A stretch of 63,917 bases of DNA, counting the filler, from Octopus bimaculoides (Eukaryota): NCBI RefSeq assembly GCF_001194135.2. It is 7 parts of 6 records of this genome, joined end to end, with 100 filler letters (N's around TTAATTAATTAA, not from the genome) between each part and the next. Parts side by side here need not be neighbours in the genome. Positions count along the whole stretch, not along the records: positions 57,410 to 62,718 come from NC_068983.1; positions 62,819 to 63,917 come from NC_069010.1; 5 more parts are not named here. One strand, 5' to 3'. The notes beneath the pieces were generated by a model. The model was not told the origin of the DNA and searched no databases. It worked only from the letters and a program-made list of their open reading frames with translations. Shown here piece by piece: positions 58,729 through 63,917 of the stretch. The translations under genes and the position numbers were made by a program. The stretch's first letter is position 1. The number at the start of each line of letters is the position of its first letter.

Positions 58729-59723
58729 TGCTGGCTTTTGCTGGGTGAATGCGGCTAAATAGCAGTAACATTCCTCCCTCTCCTGGAACTGGCACATAGA
58801 TAGATAGATAGATGAGCGATCTAGATTTAAACTGTGTATATAAGTGTGAACATTTGTAGATGCACTGGGGATACGTTTGTATTCGTATGGTTGTACATAT
58901 GTTTATAATTATGTACATTCAGTTATGCCATATTGATGACGTTAAAGGAAATTATATCCCTGAACAAGAAATCAATTGATCGACGGCTAAACTTTTTTTT
59001 TTTAATCTTTTTCGTTCATTTCCTTCGCTATCAGCCCGTTTCTATGTGATCAATAAAGTAGTTTTAGAGTCATGTGTCATCTTCTAGCATGTGACTCTAC
59101 CATGTAGCTTATTATAATTGTTATAAAAATTATATACTAATTATTAATTTATATCTAAACGGTTTTATATGCTAGTTACTTGATAAAATCCTACATAGAT
59201 TTTATCCTTGATTATTATAATAGTATATATATNNNNNNNNNNNNNNNNNNNNNNNNNNNNNNNNNNNNNNNNNNNNNNNNNNNNNNNNNNNNNNNNNNNN
59301 NNNNNNNNNNNNNNNNNNNNNNNNNNNNNNNNNNNNNNNNNNNNNNNNNNNNNNNNNNNNNNNNNNNNNNNNNNNNNNNNNNNNNNNNNNNNNNNNNNNN
59401 NNNNNNNNNNNNNNNNNNNNNNNNNNNNNNNNNNNNNNNNNNNNNNNNNNNNNNNNNNNNNNNNNNNNNNNNNNNNNNNNNNNNNTAAAAATATGAATTA
59501 AAATAACTCAGGAAAATCAGATTTTCATATCCATAAATGGATATCTTCCACATTCATATATTTAATGTCTACTATACTTTGTATACGTTTTTACAGCCAC
59601 CCAGTTGTACATTGCACCAATCCCATTATTTTGTTCTCTCCCCTCTCAGTCACCTCTCTCTCTCTCTCTCTTTCTCCCGTCACTCTCTCTTTCTCCCCTC
59701 TCTCTTTCTTTTTCTAGCTCTTC

Positions 59724-59765
<42 letters not shown>

Positions 59766-59886
59766 GACGCTATCTTTTCCTCTCGCCTTTTTTACGCCCC
59801 CTCTCTTTCTCTCTTCTTTCTCTATCTATACCTTTTTCATTACTCTCCTTTTATAATGTATGTATATATCTAATGTATATATCAAT

Positions 59887-60108
59887 GTGTGTGTGTGTCT
59901 TTGTGCTTGTGTTTATCTCCCGCCACCGCTTGTCAACTGGTGCTGGTTAATTTATATCCTCCGTAACTTTGCAGTCGACAAAAATGAGACCGGTAGCATA
60001 AGCTCCAGAGTTAGAAAAAGATAATAACAACTGGGGTCGATATGTTCGACTAAACTTTTAAGGTGGTGCTCCAGCATCGCCGCAATCTAATGACTGAAAC
60101 AAGTGAAG
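59887..60108 (+). mobile_element. SINE family B, 3' half
   Basis: CCGCCACCGCTTGTCAACTGGTG...GGGGTCGATATGTTCGAC...AATGACTGAAACAAGT. Confidence 0.8.
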
Positions 60109-60610
60109 CATATGCAACAGTTATATGGTCAACCAATAACGTCGTTCTAATTTTAGTTCTGTAACTTCTCAATCAGAATTTCTCCTTCCTATTCAAACAG
60201 CCCAGATATATATATATTGAAATCAATATTTTTTCGTGTTTCATTTTTCATAATCCTCCGTAGAAGGGAAACGTGAAGCGAATTGTGAAGTTTCGTACAA
60301 ACGCACATCGTTTCCTCATTTCTCTATAAAAAAAACATGATGTAGCCACTTTATTTTCTTTTTGCAGCTCAGCATCTGAAGCAAGTACACATTGGATAAC
60401 ATTGACATCATTAAAAAGACAAGATGACAATAGTTAAAATTCTCCCTATCATAGATTTACTGTATCATAATTAACCTAGGCCAAACAACAACAAAAACAA
60501 CGTAGCAACTTTGAAGATTTCAGTTGCGTCAGGAGACTGCCGTGTAAAGACTGTTCTCTGATTTGCGAGGCGATTATATCTTTACAGGAATGTTGCCCGT
60601 CAGATGCTCT

Positions 60611-60823
60611 CTCTCTTTTACTTGTTTCAGTCATTTGATTGCGGCCATGCTGGAGCACCACCTTTTAGTCGAGCAAATTGACCCCAGGACTTATTCTTTA
60701 GAAGCCTGGTACTTATTCTATCGGTCTCTTTTGCCGAACTGCTAGGTTACGGGGACGTAAACACACCACAATTGGTTGTCAAGCAATGTTGGGGGGGACA
60801 AACACACAAACATATACACACAC

Positions 60824-60894
<71 letters not shown>

Positions 60895-61052
60895 TACGAC
60901 GGGCTTCTTTCCGTTTCCGTCTAACAAATCCACTCACAAAGCTTTGGTCGGCCCGAGGCTATAGTAGAAGACACTTGCCCAAGGTGCCACGCAGTGGGAC
61001 AGAACCCGGAACCATGTGGTTCGTAAGCAAGCTATTTATCATACAGCCACTC
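60611..61052 (-). mobile_element. SINE family B, full length, best-preserved copy
   Basis: Complete head, CORE-like segment, internal (TA)n, A-like domain and tail. Confidence 0.92.
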
Positions 61053-61509
61053 CAATATTTTTGTCACCATAGAAATATAGCATAGACGGTAGAACTACAA
61101 ACTCTCAGGTTTACAAACAATTAATAACCTCAATGTCTTTCTTTCATGAGCCATCAGGTCAACAGATGACCCCGGTAACTTCCTTAAAAAACATTTGGTT
61201 TTTGTTTCTTATCGCTTGGTCATCAAGAAAGGACTCTTTAAATGAGTGTTTAGTGGAAGGTAGATATCTACAAACCTGAGGCCTGACCTAAACGCTTGCG
61301 GCTGAGTGAACTCTGTTAAAGGCACCAAAGTACCAGATGATAATGTTAAACCGAGGGACGGATTGAATGTACCGCCCAAGTCGGTAAGGCATGCCATCCG
61401 ACACTCTAATGATTCTGCTTGTCCAGCGTTCTAGGCAGGTACTTTATCGACTCCAGAAGACAAAATAGACATCGGTGTGACTTGAAATTAGAAACTGGAT
61501 TAAGTATCG

Positions 61510-61723
61510 ATTTCAAATTTTGGCACGTAGCCAGTAATTTCGGGGGAGAGGACTAAGCCGATTACGTTGACCCTTGTAGTCAACTGGTACTTATTTTATC
61601 GACCTCGAAAGGATGAAAGGCAAAGTGTACATCGGCAGAATTTGAACTCAGACCACTAAGACGAATGAAATGTCGCTAAGCATTCTTCTCGACGTGCTAA
61701 CGATTCTGCCAGCTAGCCACCTT
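61510..61723 (-). mobile_element. SINE family A, full length, with flanking fragments at 61380-61500, 61740-61790 and 61960-62100
   Basis: CAAGGTGGCTAGCTGGCAGAATCGTTAGCAC head on the minus strand; GGTACTTATTTTATCGAC recurs in the neighbouring fragments. Confidence 0.85.
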
Positions 61724-62819
61724 GAAACTAGAATAAATATCACAAAGTATTTCGTCTGATGCTCTAACGACTGTACCAGATCGGATGTAATGACGAGAAA
61801 CTGGCCAATAAACTTGTGCTCGCCATGGGATTTTTGTGGGGTAAATTAATGGCAATTTTCTGTTGTCATCCTTTTGGTATTTTTCGACCGGACACCATAT
61901 TAGATGCAGGCAATTTCGCAAGATTTGCCTTGAGTTGTCGGAACAGAAAGTATGAATACAACAAAACATTTTCGATGCTCTAACAATTCTGCAAGTTCAC
62001 TGTGCTAGACAAGTACTTTATTTTATCAACCTCACAAAGATGACAGTTAAAGCTGACCTCGACAGGATTTGAACTCAAACCCGCAAAGAGCTGAAATCCT
62101 ACATCTTCTGAATAATCATTGTAGCCGAAAGACATGAAAGTTAAATTTTCATTTGTTTTATTGACGGTTAACAACCGATGTTGTCAATATCATTTAGCCC
62201 CAGGACATTGGGCAGACCTACGAACAAAAGTATTGCTGCCATGGCAAAGCCAAATTTTTCCCCAGTTGTCAAAACAACATTATCCAGTGTTTCTTTTCTT
62301 GCTTCAGACTGTATGGTGTGATTTGTTGGGGTTTGACATCTATTTCTAGAAGGGCGAGCGACTACGCAGAGGCTCTCTCATATCTGGTTATTATTTGCAT
62401 TGTTGTTGCGCTATAGACAAGATCTGAGAAAAAAGAAAACACTCATAAAACAAACACACATACATACACACGCATACACAAACACACACGCACACACATA
62501 TACATATATAAAGATATATATATATATATATATATATTATGTTAATTCTTTCTGTTTTCCTCGCATACTGTTTTTCTCTGTTATATTGGTGCGCCGCTAC
62601 GGTAGATTAATTTAAGACCTAGCTCTTATTTCTAGCAGGTAGATGCTTGTTAAGCATCATTACGCTTCGTGCAATTTTATAATTCATAGCTATTTCAAAT
62701 CTCAGTGTTTGAATGTTTNNNNNNNNNNNNNNNNNNNNNNNNNNNNNNNNNNNNNNNNNNNNTTAATTAATTAANNNNNNNNNNNNNNNNNNNNNNNNNN
62801 NNNNNNNNNNNNNNNNNNT

Positions 62820-62993
62820 ATGTTCACACTGGCCAGATCTGGTCTCTCACACCAACCCTACAATATCGTTTTAAAAATTAACAGCTACCTCGTCAAAATC
62901 TCATAGCTACAAGATAATGCATGATTAGTTCAAAACAATGTGGATGAAAAAAGCATTAATTATGGTAGAATAATGCAAACACTAAAGGGTTAA
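62820..62993. mobile_element. Possible piggyBac-like MITE right end
   Basis: Ends AAACACTAAAGGG-TTAA; a similar end AAACACTAAAAAGG-TTAA occurs near 4869-4884. The left end is in a gap. Confidence 0.4.
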
Positions 62994-63429
62994 AACAGGA
63001 AGGTTGTACCATAGAAACAGTAGGGGTGGTCGCAAGTGGGTTGGTATGAACAGGGTTAAGACTAACATGATGGAAAAATCTGGAAACTAAGTGATACGAC
63101 TAGGGTACTTTTACAAAACTGAATCTTGATGTATACATATGAAGCTATGAATGATAGAATGTAAATTCCGGTTTGAAAAATGCTTTTGGATAAAAAAATA
63201 TTCTGTATTTTATATTTATTTCGATGAGGTTTTAAATGATATTTATAATGTTATTGAAATATTATTATTTTAATTTTATAAATTGAGTATTGGGGGGTCT
63301 GTGGTTGTTGATTTTTATACTTAGTTGTAACTCAGGTTATATATATCAATTTCCTTTTTGATGTTTTGTATAATATATAAATATTATTTGAATATCATAA
63401 AAATAATAGGTGCTTAATGGTATGAATAA

Positions 63430-63917
63430 CCCTACCCCATGCCAGCATGGAAAATGGACATTAAATGATGATGATGATGATGATATGTATGTGTGTTTGC
63501 TTCTCAATCACTGTTTCTTATTCCTCCCAGCTCAATAGAGGAGTCATATCTTGTGGGTACCTAGTGAACTCACCAGTGCTGGTACCAGATAAAAAGCCTC
63601 CCCAGTAAACTCTGTTAAGTGGTTGGCATTAGGAATGGCATCCATTTGTAGAAACCATGCCATAATGGGCAATTGGAGTCCGGACACCTCCAAGCTGGCC
63701 AGCTCAATGTCAGACTATCTACCCAAGCCAGCCTGGAAAATAGACATTAAATGAAGATGATGGTACGTATGGGTACATATATATGTGTGTTCGCTTCTCT
63801 ATCATTGTTTCCTATTCCTCCGATCTGTACCCTGCTCAACAGAGGTACTCAATTGCGGGTACTCGGCGAACTAATCAGTGCTGGTACCACATGAAAAGCA
63901 CCCAGGTCGGTACATAT
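63430..63917 (+). repeat. Diverged tandem array of ~290-bp units with an RTE-related SINE-like tail
   Basis: Tail CCAGC(A/C)TGGAAAAT(G/A)GACATTAAATGA at ~63440-63470 and ~63727-63755. Unit body GCTTCTC...CAGTGCTGGTACCA...AAAAGC(C/A)..CCAG at 63490-63605 and 63785-63905. Motif GGTTGGCATTAGGAATGGCATCC resembles RTE-derived sequence. Confidence 0.72.

Noticed and set aside
1-63917. CRISPR arrays, rRNA genes, operons or prokaryotic systems
   Set aside because: There are no regularly spaced repeat-spacer arrays and no rRNA-like sequence; the window is eukaryotic repeat-rich DNA.

Overview
AT-rich eukaryotic draft-assembly sequence with many N gaps, dense microsatellites and decayed transposons. 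The SINE families look like those of octopus/cephalopod genomes; this is recognition from memory, not a database result. No host gene can be named. There are only a few low-confidence candidate exons, the best being a minus-strand ATG exon at 35851-35932. Almost all ORFs in the supplied track are artefacts of gaps or microsatellites. Recognisable mobile elements: two abundant tRNA-headed SINE families (called A and B here), four mariner relics, Penelope-like element (PLE) fragments, an L1/Tx1-type 3' end and an R4/Dong-type RLE retrotransposon fragment. Less obvious structure found by reading the sequence: (1) six minimal type-I hammerhead-ribozyme-like motifs in PLE terminal-repeat-like DNA, including a head-to-head inverted pair and two copies sharing a CUGUNGA core variant; (2) a foldback TGT...ACA element with a 4-bp TSD, interrupted by a mariner; (3) a 507-bp MITE whose TIRs each carry an octamer plus CCAAT box; (4) a SAP-domain ORF fragment nested inside a SINE; (5) tandem tRNA-Trp 3'-end fragments; (6) an inverted pair of ETS/CRE-like motifs. 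TE boundaries are approximate unless a TIR or TSD is quoted.
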